Positions 37,093 through 49,271 of a stretch of DNA of 61,262 nt are shown piece after piece (position 1 is the stretch's first letter; every line of letters begins with the position of its first letter). This DNA is from Octopus sinensis. Its lineage: Eukaryota. A program made the translations under genes and the position numbers. The notes below the pieces were generated by a model that saw only the letters and a program-made list of their open reading frames with translations, searched no databases and was not told the DNA's origin. The stretch spans positions 1-61,262 of the forward strand of contig NW_021832393.1 in the NCBI RefSeq assembly GCF_006345805.1. The letters are read 5' to 3'.

Positions 37093-38335
37093 CCTGTCTG
37101 TCTGCCTGCCTTTCTGTCTGTCTGCCTGTCTGTCTGCCTGCCTTTCTGTCTGTCTGTCTGTCTGTCAGTCTGCCTGTCTGTCTGTCTGTCTTACGAGTCT
37201 GTCTATCCCACCGTCTGTCCGTCCGTCTGTCTGTCTGTCTGTCTGTCTGTCTTACGAGTCTGTCTATCCCACCGTCTGTCCGTCCGTCTGTCCGTCCGTC
37301 CGTCCGTCCGTCCGTCTGTCTGTCTGTCTGTCTTACGAGTCTGTCTATCCCACGTCTGTCCGTCCGTCTGTCTGTCTGTCTGTCTGTCTTACGAGTCTGT
37401 ATCCACCGTCTGTCCGTCCGTCTGTCTGTCTGTGTCTGTGTCTTACGAGTCTGTCATCCCACCGTCCGTCCGTCTGTCTGTCCGTCCGTCCGTCCGTCCG
37501 TCCGTCCGTCTGTCTTACGAGTCTGTCTATCCCACCGTCTGTCCGTCCGTCTGTCCGTCCGTCTGTCCGTCCGTCCGTCTGTCTGTCTGTCTGTCTGTCT
37601 TACGAGTCTGTCTATCCCACCGTCCGTCCGTCCGTCTGTCTGTCTGTCTGTCTGTCTTACGAGTCTGTCTATCCCACCGTCTGTCCGTCCGTCCGTCTGT
37701 CTGTCTGTCTGTCTGTCTTACGAGTCTGTCTATCCCACCGTCTGTCCGTCCGTCTGTCCGTCCGTCCGTCTGTCTGTCTGTCTGTCTGTCTTACGAGTCT
37801 GTCTATCCCACCGTCTGTCCGTCCGTCTGTCTGTCTGTCTGTCTGTCTGTCTGTTGTCTGTCTTACGAGTCTGTCTATCCCACCGTCTGTCGTCCGTCTG
37901 TCCGTCCGTCTGTCTGTCTGTCTGTCTTACGAGTCTGTATCCCACCGTCTGTCCGTCCGTCCGTCCGTCTCTGTCTGTCTGTCTGTCTTACGAGTCTGTC
38001 TATCCCACCGTCCGTCGTCCGTCTGTCTTACGAGTCTGTCTATCCACCGTCTGTCCGTCCGTCTGTCCGTCCGTCTGTCCGTCCGTCCGTCTGTCTGTCG
38101 TCTGTCTGTCTGTCTACGAGTCTGTCTATCCCACCGTCCGTCCGTCCGTCTGTCTGTCTGTCTGTCTGTCTTACGAGTCTTCTATCCCACCGTCTGTCCG
38201 TCCGTCCGTCTGTCTGTCTGTCTGTCTGTCGTCTTACGAGTCTGTCTATCCCACCGTCTGTCCGTCCGTCCGTCCGTCTGTCTGTCTGTCTGTCTTACGA
38301 GTCTGTCTATCCCACCGTCCGTCCGTCCGTCTGTC
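37043..38335. repeat. Composite minisatellite: fixed core CTTACGAGTCTGTCTATCCCACC with variable (TCCG)n(TCTG)n
   Basis: About 18 core copies with unit lengths of about 40-85 bp. Confidence 0.95.
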
Positions 38336-38661
38336 TGGCCGTCTATCAGAACACACACATGTACAAACACGCGTGCGTACGTACATTTGTACGTACACAT
38401 ATGCATGGTTTTTTTTTTTATCCCCGTGCTCGCGCGCGCTCGTTTGTCCCACCTGTCTGGCACTACTCTACAATGTTGACGAAGAACCCAATGAAGTTAT
38501 CACGCTACTCTTATCGACATCGATCAAACAGATCAAAAGCAATAATCTCGAAATATATTTACGTGTTGTATATATTTAACAGAAGTCGCTGCTGTGTGCA
38601 GAATCAACTCAAATCTCATCTTGCAAAACCTCTGGTCGATCTCGTCTGTTCATTTGATATA

Positions 38662-39064
38662 TCTTTATATATAAAAGAGAGGTTGTGTGTCTGTCTGTCT
38701 CCTACGATTTAGATTCCTAAATACTCCCACATTTTGCGGTGCAGTTTAACCAAAACCGGGTATCTTATAGTCGTGATTCATATCGAGCCCTTCTGGGTAT
38801 TAGCGCGCGACTACGATGAGTCTACGATTTAAAAAAAAAAATTACCATCATTTTTTTTCATTTCAATGCATTTTTTCGTTATTATATAAGGAAAGTAACT
38901 CTCTAAAAATGTCTACGATGAGTCAACGATTTAAAAAAAAAATTACCATAATTTTTTTTCCATTTTTAATGCATTTTTTGCTATTTTTTGGGCTATAACT
39001 CTCTAAAAATGCTTATATAGTTATTTCCCTTACAAACCCGAGCAACGCCGGGCGATACTGCTAG
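38662..39064 (+). mobile_element. Non-autonomous Helitron
   Basis: A|TCTTTATATATAAAA 5' end; CCCGAGCAACGCCGGG hairpin; CTAG|T 3' end; same family as 21873-22374. Confidence 0.85.
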
Positions 39065-39309
39065 TTTTGTATATAGGACTGTATCAAGTAATGCCTTCAC
39101 GTCATCTAAAATGAACGCTTATGATACAAAGATGATTTGGTTGTTATCTCTAGCACGTTGAGTGACCATGTGGAGGTTTCTTCTGGTAACTTTCACCCGT
39201 AATTTCATGTAGCCATCATAATAGTCATGCTGGTTGCTTGTTTATTGGCACAGGAGGCTCTAAAATTTATGACCATAGTTTTCACTATCGTTTGGAATTT
39301 TGTTTTGTT

Positions 39310-39720
39310 TACTCTTTTACTCTTTTACTTGTTTTAGTCATTTGACTGCGGCCATGCTGGAGCACCGCCTTTAATCGAGCAACTCGACCCCGGGACTTAT
39401 TCTTTTGTAAGCCCAGTACTTATTTTATCGGTCTCTTTTGCCGAACCGCTAAGTAACGGGGACATAAACACACCAGCATCGTTTGTCAAGCAATGCTAGG
39501 GGGACAAACACATACACACAAACACATACACACACACACACGCATATATATACACATATATACGACAGGCTTCTTTCAGTTACCGTCTACCAAATCCACT
39601 CACAAGGCTTTGGTCGGGCCGAGGCTATAGTAGAAGACACTTACCCAAGGTGCCACGCAGTGGGACTGAACCCGGAACCATGTGGTTGGTAAACAAGCTA
39701 CTTACCACACAGCCACTCCT
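39310..39720 (-). mobile_element. SINE family B, near full length
   Basis: Consensus match. Confidence 0.88.
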
Positions 39721-40049
39721 GTTTGGCGAGGTTTTCTATAAATTTAATGCTGCATTCGGCGAGGTGTGTAGACATGTTCCACATAACAACAACAAAATGA
39801 ATGTGAATATCTTATCCTTCTTTAGATATGGTTGTGTATGTGCTACAACCTTGGTTATGTTGTGTGTGTGTGTGTGTGTGTGTCCTTAAATGAAAGTATA
39901 GCTTATTTACTGGTAGTGTGATGGTTTATAGCTCAGGGCCTATAAGAATGGAGATTCTGACAGTACGGCGGTCCTGGGCCTTAAGAACTAAGATTGGGGT
40001 TTTTACTATTTTGAGAGAACTGACCTTGTAGCAAGAGATAGAAACGAAC

Positions 40050-40202
40050 CACTAGCGTAGATAGAGTGTGTGCCACCCAGGGTGGCCCCTTCGTTTTCCG
40101 TCCCCAGACCCCACAAAACACACATATTGCCTACAGCAGATTCAAAAGTGGTGCCCCCTATAAAAGTGTCGCCCCTACCGCCCCACCCCAGCTACGCTAG
40201 TG
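40050..40202. mobile_element. hAT-type MITE
   Basis: TIR CACTAGCGTAG/CTACGCTAGTG; 8-bp TSD AAACGAAC at 40042-40049 and 40203-40210. Confidence 0.85.
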
Positions 40203-41140
40203 AAACGAACCCAACAATATTCTAATTACCTAGTCAATGACAATGATCTAATCACACGCACATCGCACGTTGTTCTAATTACCCACTGATCAGCTTGCTG
40301 TCATATCATGGAACAACCAATTCTTCCCGAAATGTCGAGCCTAATTAGTCATTCTACTGAGCTCGACATCTAATCTAGCTGCATTACTCCCCGTAGCCGA
40401 AACAGTGACTGCTAACAACACACCAGTGAACCTCCGAATATGACAACATACTTTCACAGTGCGACAACCTTTTTGGAGTCTGAAAGAGGTTTTTCTGTTG
40501 TCCATAAACCTCTGAAGATATAGAATTGCAGATTGGTTTTCATAAGATCTGTTGTGTTCTATGCTGTTATATCAGACTAAGTTATCAAGTCATTTTTATG
40601 ACTTAAAAAAATCTATTCTGTTTGGCTGCGTTCTGAGGAAATTTCAAAATGTGGTGAAAATTTTAAGATTTGGTGTATTGATGTAATTTTCCACGCTGAA
40701 TTTCAGGAGGTATTTCACTTTTTCTAGAAATATATTTGAAAAAAAAAGTTATAGAGGTTTAAATTCTGATAATTTTTACCCAGTTAGAAAACAAGATTTG
40801 AAAGGAGTCATTTTGTGCGTGACTGCAGGAACTGTCAACATTCTGAAAATAGCACGTGTTTTGATATGAAACAGTAAACAAATCAAATTCTTCTTTACGC
40901 ACGACATATAACCCCTCATAACTTTTTTTTATTTTTTGGAATTTTCAGAAATGTCTTGCAAATTTGTATTCTATACACGGGAATTTATACGATTATGCAT
41001 GAACCAAAAAAAATTTGGTAGGGACGTAATTTAAGGCCTGTGTAGTTGATACTTGTAGAACATCCCATGACTAGGGAACAAGCTGCAGATGGGCACAAGC
41101 AGTAGAACACAACGTCAACGCACATACATTCGCGTAGATT

Positions 41141-41610
41141 CTATGCATGGGCAACCCGCAGTCCGCGGGCCACATGCGGCCCTCGACATGTTACTGTGCG
41201 GCCCTCGACGAATTTCTAGGTTACTAATTTGCAGCATAGCCTAAGAGTGGCAACATCTCAAATTCTATCTAATATTGAAAATATAGTAAAGAATGTGAAT
41301 GCACAAAAATCTCGTAATGAAATTTGTTCTTTAATAAAATATCAATGAATTTTCTTCTTGTTTTTTTTTTGTCTTTACCTTAATATTTTAAAATGTAATT
41401 TATTTACACTAGTAATCATCATTAAAAGAAAGAAATGCCAGCCTAATGTAAACTTTCATACTAAGACAAATAAGATTAAGAAGAACTGCAAAAAATTCCG
41501 TTCAATGTAGGCAAGTAGTATTTCATGCATATGTGTTTTATCATGCGACCCTCTCCCACTTGGAAATGGTTCGATGTGGTCCCCAGTTGACGAAAAGTTG
41601 TCCATCCTTG
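41141..41610. mobile_element. Charlie/hAT-like non-autonomous element
   Basis: Left end ATGGGCAACCCGCAGTCCGCGGGCCACATGCGGCCC; right end GTGGTCCCC...AAAAGTTGTCCATCCTTG; TSD not resolved. Confidence 0.7.
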
Positions 41611-42131
41611 GAGAATATATTTGTCAACACTTGTGTTTTCTTGCAGACAAAAGAGTTCTCAAGTTTCGCTTCTAACTTATTCAAAATGTTATTTCCGAAA
41701 ATTGTTTCCGTTTTCTTTGAGTATACAAAAGACAAATTTCGGTGGAGCAAAACGAGGTAAATTTACCTCTTCAATTCTTCAGATGAAAACAGACTCATAC
41801 ACATCAACATCATATTAGTGACTTGTAGGGATGCGGGACATTGTTATGCGACTGTAATGTACTATAAAGTATAGACATCAGAAAGATCAGAAGAGCAACG
41901 AAAATTTTAAATATCTTGAGCAAATGAAAGAAAATGGATCATAGCAAAAGGACACATGAAATGATATAAACCTAACTCGATTAAATCTAAAGCCTCAGCA
42001 TAAAATAGTCTCTGAAGCTTCATCACTGTCTGCTGGTGTGACTCCATTCCTGATATATTCACGCATCATGAAGTTAAAGAGGAGAAATTATTAGGATTAG
42101 TCGTTACTCGTTTTGCCCCACTTCATAATCT

Positions 42132-42516
42132 CTCTTTTACTTGTTTCAGTCATATGACTGCGGCCATGCTGGAGCACTGCCTTTAATCGAGCAACTCCGG
42201 GACTTATTCTTTTGTAAGCCCAGTACTTATTCTATCGGTCTCTTTTGCCGAACCGCTATGTGACGGGGACGTAAACACACCAGCATCGGTTGTCAAGCAA
42301 TGCTAGCATGGGACAAACACAGACACACAAACATATACACACACACATATATACGACAGGCTTCTTTCAGTTTCCGTCTACCAAATCCACTCACAAGGCA
42401 TTGGTCGGCCCGGGGCTATAGCAGAAGACACTTGCCCAAGATGTCACGCAGTGGCACTGAACCCGGAACCATGTGGTTGGTTAGCAAGCTACTTACCACA
42501 CAGCCACTCCTGCGCC
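42132..42516 (-). mobile_element. SINE family B, full length
   Basis: Consensus match from the GGCGCAGGAGTGGCTG head. Confidence 0.88.
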
Positions 42517-42905
42517 TATTGTTTTTAAATTGAAGTGAAGGTCAAATATCAGTGCGTGTGTTTAGCTAGTTGGGTGTTCTAACAAAACATCCTCGTTTAG
42601 GTGGGGGTAAATATTATTTTTCGGTATCAGTACTGCCTCTGTCGCTAATGCATATTTTTAACAAGCTCACTGGTTAATGGCGACACCAGCGCCTGTTCTG
42701 GCACAGTTTTTCTATATATATATCTTTATGAGCCACTGCTATCTTTAGTGCTCGAGCGTCCATTATTGACAGGGAAAGTCGAAATCACGTGATCTGGTGG
42801 GCTCGGCGCTGGAAATGGTGGGGGATTTATCTCTCTCTGTTAGCGATATAAACAAGCGTGCATTTTGCACCAAAAGCCGATATGAGAGTTCCTCTCATGG
42901 TATCT

Positions 42906-43140
42906 AAGGCGGCGAGCTGGCAGAATCGTTAGCACACCGGGCGAAATGCGTAGCCGTATTTTGTCTGCCGTTACTTTATGAGTTCAAATTCTGCCGAGGT
43001 CGACTTTGCCTTTCATCCTTTCGAGGTCGATTAAATAAGTACCAGTCACGCACTGGGGTCGATATAATCGACTTAATCAGTTTGTCTGTCCTTGTTTGTC
43101 CCCTCTGTGTTTAGCCCCTTGTGGGCAATAAAGAAATAGA
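42906..43140 (+). mobile_element. SINE family A, full length
   Basis: Consensus match; TATCTA on both flanks. Confidence 0.88.
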
Positions 43141-43435
43141 TATCTACCGCAGTATAGTTCGGTCTAACAGATCAGCCAGGTTTAGGTGGGGATAAATATT
43201 GTCTCTCGGTATTATATATATTAGACGCTAATATATATATTTTAAGAAAGTTCTATATCATAAATCAACTGAATGAGGGTTGATTTGGAGTTTAAAAATT
43301 GCATGGTCGCTGCTAGGATACCTATCAGAGGCTGACTTGGTGTTAAACATCGAAAACAGCAACACGTACGTTGACTCAGTGGAAAATCTTAAAAAGTAGC
43401 TACTCAGGGTAACAGAAAGATAGCTGAATCGAATG

Positions 43436-43880
43436 GATCTGGTTAGAAGGTGTGCCGCCGTCCAAACAATCTATAGATCTGGTTAGAAGATGTGATGCAG
43501 TTAAAAAAATCTATAGATCTGCTAAGAAGGTGTACCGCAGTTCAAACAATCTATAGATCTGGTTAGAAGGTGTGCCGCAGTTCAAATAATCTATAGATCT
43601 AGTTAGAAGGTATGCCGCAGTTCAAATAATCTATAGATCTGGTTAGAAGGTGTGCCGCAGTTCAAACAATCTATAGATCTGGTTAGAAGGTGTGCCGCAG
43701 TTCAAACAATCTATAGGTCTGGTTAGGTGTGCCGCAGTTCAAACAATCTATAGATCTGGTTAGAAGGTGTGCCGCAGTTAGTTCAAACAATCTCTAGATC
43801 TGGTTAGAAGGTGTGCCGCAGTTAGTTCAAACAATCTATAGATCTGGTTAGAAGGTGTGCCGCAGTTCAAAGAATCTATG
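43436..43880. repeat. 40-bp minisatellite, about 11 copies
   Basis: GGTTAGAAGGTGTGCCGCAGTTCAAACAATCTATAGATCT. Confidence 0.95.
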
Positions 43881-44107
43881 GCTGTTGTCAATCATAACAA
43901 AAGGAACAAAGAAGAAGAAACATCTGTGGTACATTATTGCAACGTGTTGTTGTTGTTGGCAAAGCGAGTGAATCAGTGGAATAGCTTCTTAGCCGACGTG
44001 CAGCAACGGCAGCAGCAGCGGCAGCGACAACGGTGCTTGCGTCGGCAGCAGCAACAGCAGTAGCGTCGTCTTGAAGATGTATCTGGTTGCTCTTTAATCT
44101 GTGTCAG

Positions 44108-44308
44108 ACTTAAGCATTCTTGAGAGTCAGCAACGTAAACCAGAATATTTCCTGGCTCAGCAGCAAAAATCGTACTTGTGGATACTGGGCGTGTGTGGTA
44201 GTGGTGGTGGTGGTGGTGGTGGTGGTAGTGGTGGTGGTGGTGGTGATGGTGGTGATGGTGGTGGTGGTGGTGGTGGTATTGGGGAAGTGAGTCAAGATGG
44301 TAAACAAG
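44108..44308 (+). CDS. Weak candidate Gly-rich exon
   Basis: Acceptor TCTTTAATCTGTGTCAG| and consensus donor CAAG|GTGAGT; 201 nt, phase 1-1, open frame. A competing open frame exists on the minus strand. Confidence 0.25.
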
Positions 44309-44542
44309 GTGAGTTTTTTTTATGATTGTCCAAAATTTTTAAAATTTTTTTTATCACCTTTAAAATGTTGGGAGGGAAATATAGCAAAATAAATATATAT
44401 AACGAAATAAAGCAATGAAATGGAGGAAGTTAAAATAAACAAAACCTGCAAAGAGATAAATGCAGAAAGAAAAAGAAACAAAATATATATAAATAAACGC
44501 TGAAATATATACGAATAAATATAGAAATATATGCAATATATG

Positions 44543-44573
<31 letters not shown>

Positions 44574-44918
44574 CATAGAAATATATGCATGTATATATTA
44601 TACGTATTATATATAAATATATATATATATATGTTGTGTGTGTGGTGTGTGTGTGTGTGTGTTGGTGTATGTGTGTGTGTTAATATATATATATATATAT
44701 GTGTGTATGTGTGTGTGTTATATATATGTGTGTGTGTGTATATATATATATAATGTATACACACACATACATGTGTGTATACATATAGGTATACACACAT
44801 GTATATATATACACACACACATAAACACAAGAATAATTTTAGAAAAGCGTAAAAACCGAAATATAGACAGTGATAAAATAAAAATAAGTAGGAAAATAAG
44901 AAAGGAAGAAAGAAAGAC

Positions 44919-44953
<35 letters not shown>

Positions 44954-45366
44954 GAGAAAGAAAGAAGGAAAGATTTTAGAAACAAGATAGAAATGCGAAA
45001 AATGGGGCAGAATTTCTGTCAGAGACGTCAACGTTGATTTCGGAGAGAAAGAGAGAGAGAGTGTGAGAGAGAGAGAGAGAGAGAAAGCAGGAAGGTTTGT
45101 CTGTGTTTGGTGATGCATGACAAGAAATGCTTGAGACATGTCAAGACTGTGGCCTTCCAATGCAATTAGATATGATGTGCAGAACTGACTCTATTCAAGG
45201 GACACCACTAGAATCAATGGTCGACTTTATATATATCTATATATATATATATATATACAATAGATAGCGCTGGTAGCGGAAGGATGGCGGCGGTTAGAGC
45301 GTGTGTGTGTGTGGGGTGGATAAGTGGCGGTGGGTAGGTGTGGTGAGGTATCACTTTGCGTTGTAG

Positions 45367-45379
45367 GAGTTGAGAAATG

Positions 45380-45410
<31 letters not shown>

Positions 45411-45629
45411 TTGTATGTGTTTGTGTGTTTGTGTTTGTGTGTATGTGTGTGTTTGTGTGTGTGTTTGTGTGTGTGTTTTGTGTGTGTGTGTGTGTGTGTG
45501 CGTGCGAGTGTGTTTGTGTGTGTGTGTGTTTGTATGTGTATGTGTTTGTGCGTGTTTGTGTGTGTGTGTGTGCGTGCGAGTGTGTTTGTGCGTGCGTGTG
45601 TATGTGTGTGTGTTTGTGTGTGTGTTTGT

Positions 45630-45660
<31 letters not shown>

Positions 45661-45662
45661 CG
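45367..45662. repeat. (TG)n/(TTTG) compound microsatellite
   Basis: Direct inspection. Confidence 0.95.
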
Positions 45663-45826
45663 TGATATTCATAGAGTTAGCATAAGGAGGATCTGATATC
45701 TTATTGGTTTTGCTCTATAGCGATTTCGTCATTGTTGTTGTTGTTATTGTAAGAGATGAGTTCTGTGATGTTGTTGTTGTTGTTGTTAGTGGTAGTGGAG
45801 ATGGTTTGAGGTTAGTGACAGACTAA

Positions 45827-45864
<38 letters not shown>

Positions 45865-46139
45865 ATATAAATATACTATATATAAATACTATATATAAAT
45901 ATAAATATAAAACTACATACACATACACTTTAAAATCAGATGTCTATGAATGAACGCCAAGTAATATATGCATATATACACTCATATATACTTATAGAGA
46001 TATATACCAAAATATACATACATGCATATACATACGAACATACACACACACATACACACACACATACACACACACATATATATATACACAAACACAAACA
46101 CATTTACACATCTAATAAAAACAGATACCGAAAATCACC

Positions 46140-46500
46140 ACTCGTGTGTGCGCGTATGTTTGTGTGTGTTTGTGTGTGTGTGTGTGTGTGTGATTGTAAG
46201 TATGTGTTTGTGTGTGTTTGCGTGTAAGTGTGTGTTTGTGTGTAAGTATGTGTTTGTGTCTGTGTGTAAGAGTGTGTTTGTGTGTGTTTGTGTATGTGTG
46301 TAAGTGTGTGTATTTGTGTATGTGTGTGTTTGTGTGTGTGTGTAAGTGTGTGTATTTGTGTATGTGTGTGTGTGTGTGTGTGTGTGCAAGTTTGTGTAAG
46401 TGTGTATTTGTGTGTTTGTGTAAGTGTGTGTGTAAGTGTGTGTGTGTGTTTGTGTGTGTTCGTGTGCGTGTGCGTGTGTATGTGTGTGTATTCATGAAGT
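46140..46500. repeat. (TG)n compound microsatellite
   Basis: Direct inspection. Confidence 0.93.
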
Positions 46501-46790
46501 GTGTGTACGAATGTGTGTATATGCTTTTGGCTTGTTCGTCTCTGCGCGTATGAGTTTGTATCAACATCACCCGTCTTAATACGAGAAGAGTGTTGCGTCA
46601 AAATGGTAAATTAGCCAATCGGTAAAATAAGAGAATGGTTAAAATGATCGTTCAAAGCCTGCCAGGGCACCTTTATCAGTTCTATGAGACCATTGTGCCG
46701 CCTCCATCATTATAACACTTGAACTACCTGGAAGGAAGAGACAGAATGGGACTGGAAATCGTTGTTACAGAGAAAACATCAAGGAAAATA

Positions 46791-47203
46791 GCGCAGGAGT
46801 GGCTGTGTGGTAAGTAGCTTGCTAACCAACCACATGGTTCCGGGTTCAGTCCCACTGCGTGGCATCTTGGGCAAGTGTCTTATGCTATAGCCCCGGGCCG
46901 ACCAATGCCTTGTGAGTGGATTTGGTAGACGGAAACTGAAAGAAGCCTGTCGTATGTATGTATATATATATAAGTGCGTGTGTATATGTTTGTGTGTCTG
47001 TGTTTGTCCCCCTAGCATTGCTTGACAACCGATGGTGGTGTGTTTACGTCCCCGTCACTTAGCGGTTCGGCAAAAGAGACCGATAGTACTGGGCTTACGA
47101 AGAATAAGTCCCGGGGTCGATTTGCTCGACTAAAGGCGGTGCTCCAGCATGGCCGCAGTCAAATGACTGAAACAAGTAAAAGAGTAAAAGAGTAAAAGAG
47201 TAA
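46791..47203 (+). mobile_element. SINE family B, full length
   Basis: GCGCAGGAGTGGCTGTGTGGTAAG head, TTGGGCAAGTGTCTT, (AAAAGAGT)n tail. Confidence 0.9.
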
Positions 47204-47904
47204 GGTACAGTAGGAATTTGACTGTTGTGTGGTTGGGCTACCGGAAAGCCTTTAGTGTACCTCAATGGTGGGTCATCAAACCAATCCAATTAACCTGTTC
47301 GACAACCCCCGATAGCCGCTGTCCAATATCTAACCAAGACTTTGTATCCTATTTTATTTTTCGGTACAGCTCTTCGTCCTCGTGTTAAATTTGCTTTTTG
47401 AAGCCGTTCTTCTGTTAATAAAAGATGATATAGATAGCAAAGCAATACCATGAATCCAGAAATATCCGTCATCGTTATAGATGACATGAAGTTATTTTGA
47501 CTAAGTATTAGTCTTATTAGAAAGCAGCTCATAACCTAATGTTTCACAGTTATTTGAATGAAATTTAGTGAGTTCAAATGAGTAAATTTGTTATGGAAAA
47601 GCGAGGAAAACCTATGTTCTGCTCCGCCAATGTAAGAATGAGTAGTTTCGCAGTCAATTGGTGCGTTCGATTGTGAACAACAAATTTCGTGGGCAAGCTC
47701 AAAATGCCAGGTGTGAAAGGACCATTAATAGAAATTGGGCGAAAACGTTAAGGCCCCAAGAGGATAAAGGAAATATGGATATCGCTCCTTATACCTTTCT
47801 TTGGCCGACTAAATTCTCTACAAGAACTCATAATGAACTGCAACTTGTAACTTGGAAACTGCTCAGTGGTACTGGAGAGTTTAATAAATAAATCCAGTAA
47901 GCAC

Positions 47905-48082
47905 AGGGGAGGGAGCTAAGTCGCTTACATTGGTGTTCAATTGGTACTTTATTTTATCGACCCCGAAAGGATGAAAGGCAAAGTCGACCCCCGGCAGAAT
48001 TTGAACTCAGAACGTTAACACGGACGAAATGTCGCTAGGCATTTTCTCCGGCGTGTTAGCAGTTCTATCAGCTCTCCGCCTC
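47905..48082 (-). mobile_element. SINE family A variant
   Basis: TTATCGACCCCGAAAGGATGAAAGGCAAAGTCGAC...TTGAACTCAGAAC. Confidence 0.78.
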
Positions 48083-48680
48083 ATCTTTTCTTCCCGGGTA
48101 TTGAACTCACGACCTTACGATTGTGAGCCGAATACCCCAAGCACTAAGCAACGCGCCCGAGTATACTGGAAATTTTGATATTAACAGTGCAGTTGGTCAT
48201 TCTGGAACGATATCTCCCAACCGAGTAAAAAGGACAGCAACTATCTCGATCGAGATTGCGCTCACGAAACTAAAAACAATGAAGCATGATATAAAAGCTA
48301 ACACAGATTTCTCTCCGAAGAATATTCTTTTCTACTCAAGGCGCGAGGCCCGAAATTTTGGGAGAAAGGGCCGGTCGATTAGATCGACTCCGGTACGCAA
48401 CTGGAGAACACGGTGGTACGCTCGACCAAAGAATTGCGACCGCGCTTGCCTTTGGCTATGCCTTCCTTGTGCCTTTACAACCGTGGAAACTATGCAAGTG
48501 TTAGTATTTCATTACCGCAGATAAGTATGATACTACGACTATGGCAATGAAAGTTTTTCCGTTTGTTTGTCGTTCCAAGAAGCTTGAATCTTGATGTGCG
48601 CTGGACTTAGATTTTAGTAAGTAGAGGTTCACTGGACGACCCGCCTGACTCTCATCCTTGACTTCCTAGACACTGAGAAG

Positions 48681-48753
48681 GCAGAGCAAGGCGGAGCAAG
48701 GCGGAGCAAGGCGGAGCAAGGCGGAGCAAGGCGGAGCAAGGCGGAGCAAGGCG
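48681..48753. repeat. 10-bp tandem repeat GCGGAGCAAG (6 perfect copies and 1 variant)
   Basis: Direct inspection. Confidence 0.95.
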
Positions 48754-49271
48754 ACTGGAAGTATAGCAAGATGCAATGTGGCAACCAAAGCTACCTACGT
48801 GTCTTACCGTGCTCTGAGGTACGTGTCAGACAGAGACGTTCTAGATATAGCGTTTTGGCGCGTTCAAACGACTATCAATGGTAGCGCTTATTCCGTACAT
48901 TACAGAAGAAACCCAGGCTTCACATGTGTAGGGTACAGAAGGCCTTAAAGAATTTTACCGAGAATTTAAAACTTGTCAGCCGCCCTCGACCTAATTTAGA
49001 CACCAGCTGCTTAGAAGGTGGCTCCAGATGCAGAGAGCTTGAAGAGCAACAACTGAGATGAAAGAGAATTGACAATGCTTCTTGGTAAAAGTGTTCTCTC
49101 CCAGACACTTCACACTTCCTGAAAAAGAATAAGAAAGCAAAATAAAAATATATAATAAGAAATAACAACAAACGTATGGAGATTGTTGGATTAAAAGAAT
49201 GTTGGCGGAACCTATGAATAAAAGCAGTTATCAAATTTAAATACAATCGACACGCTTAAAAGATTCCAATG

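Noticed and set aside
37043-38335. CRISPR-like repeat and spacer appearance
   Set aside because: The spacers are simple repeats rather than unique sequences, there are no cas genes, and the context is eukaryotic.
37000-38712. ORFs of 490-570 aa in three frames
   Set aside because: (TCTG/TCCG)n and the repeat core lack stop codons, so all frames are open and the product is a repeat translation.
41541-41750. Minus-strand ORF resembling a LINE ORF1 (KDGQLFVN)
   Set aside because: The matching segment is the reverse-complemented TIR of the hAT element ending at 41610.
43436-43880. CRISPR-like 40-bp array
   Set aside because: The units are contiguous with no spacers.
48920-49246. 108-aa ORF with a good internal acceptor
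   Set aside because: There is no matching donor or recognisable motif, so support is insufficient.
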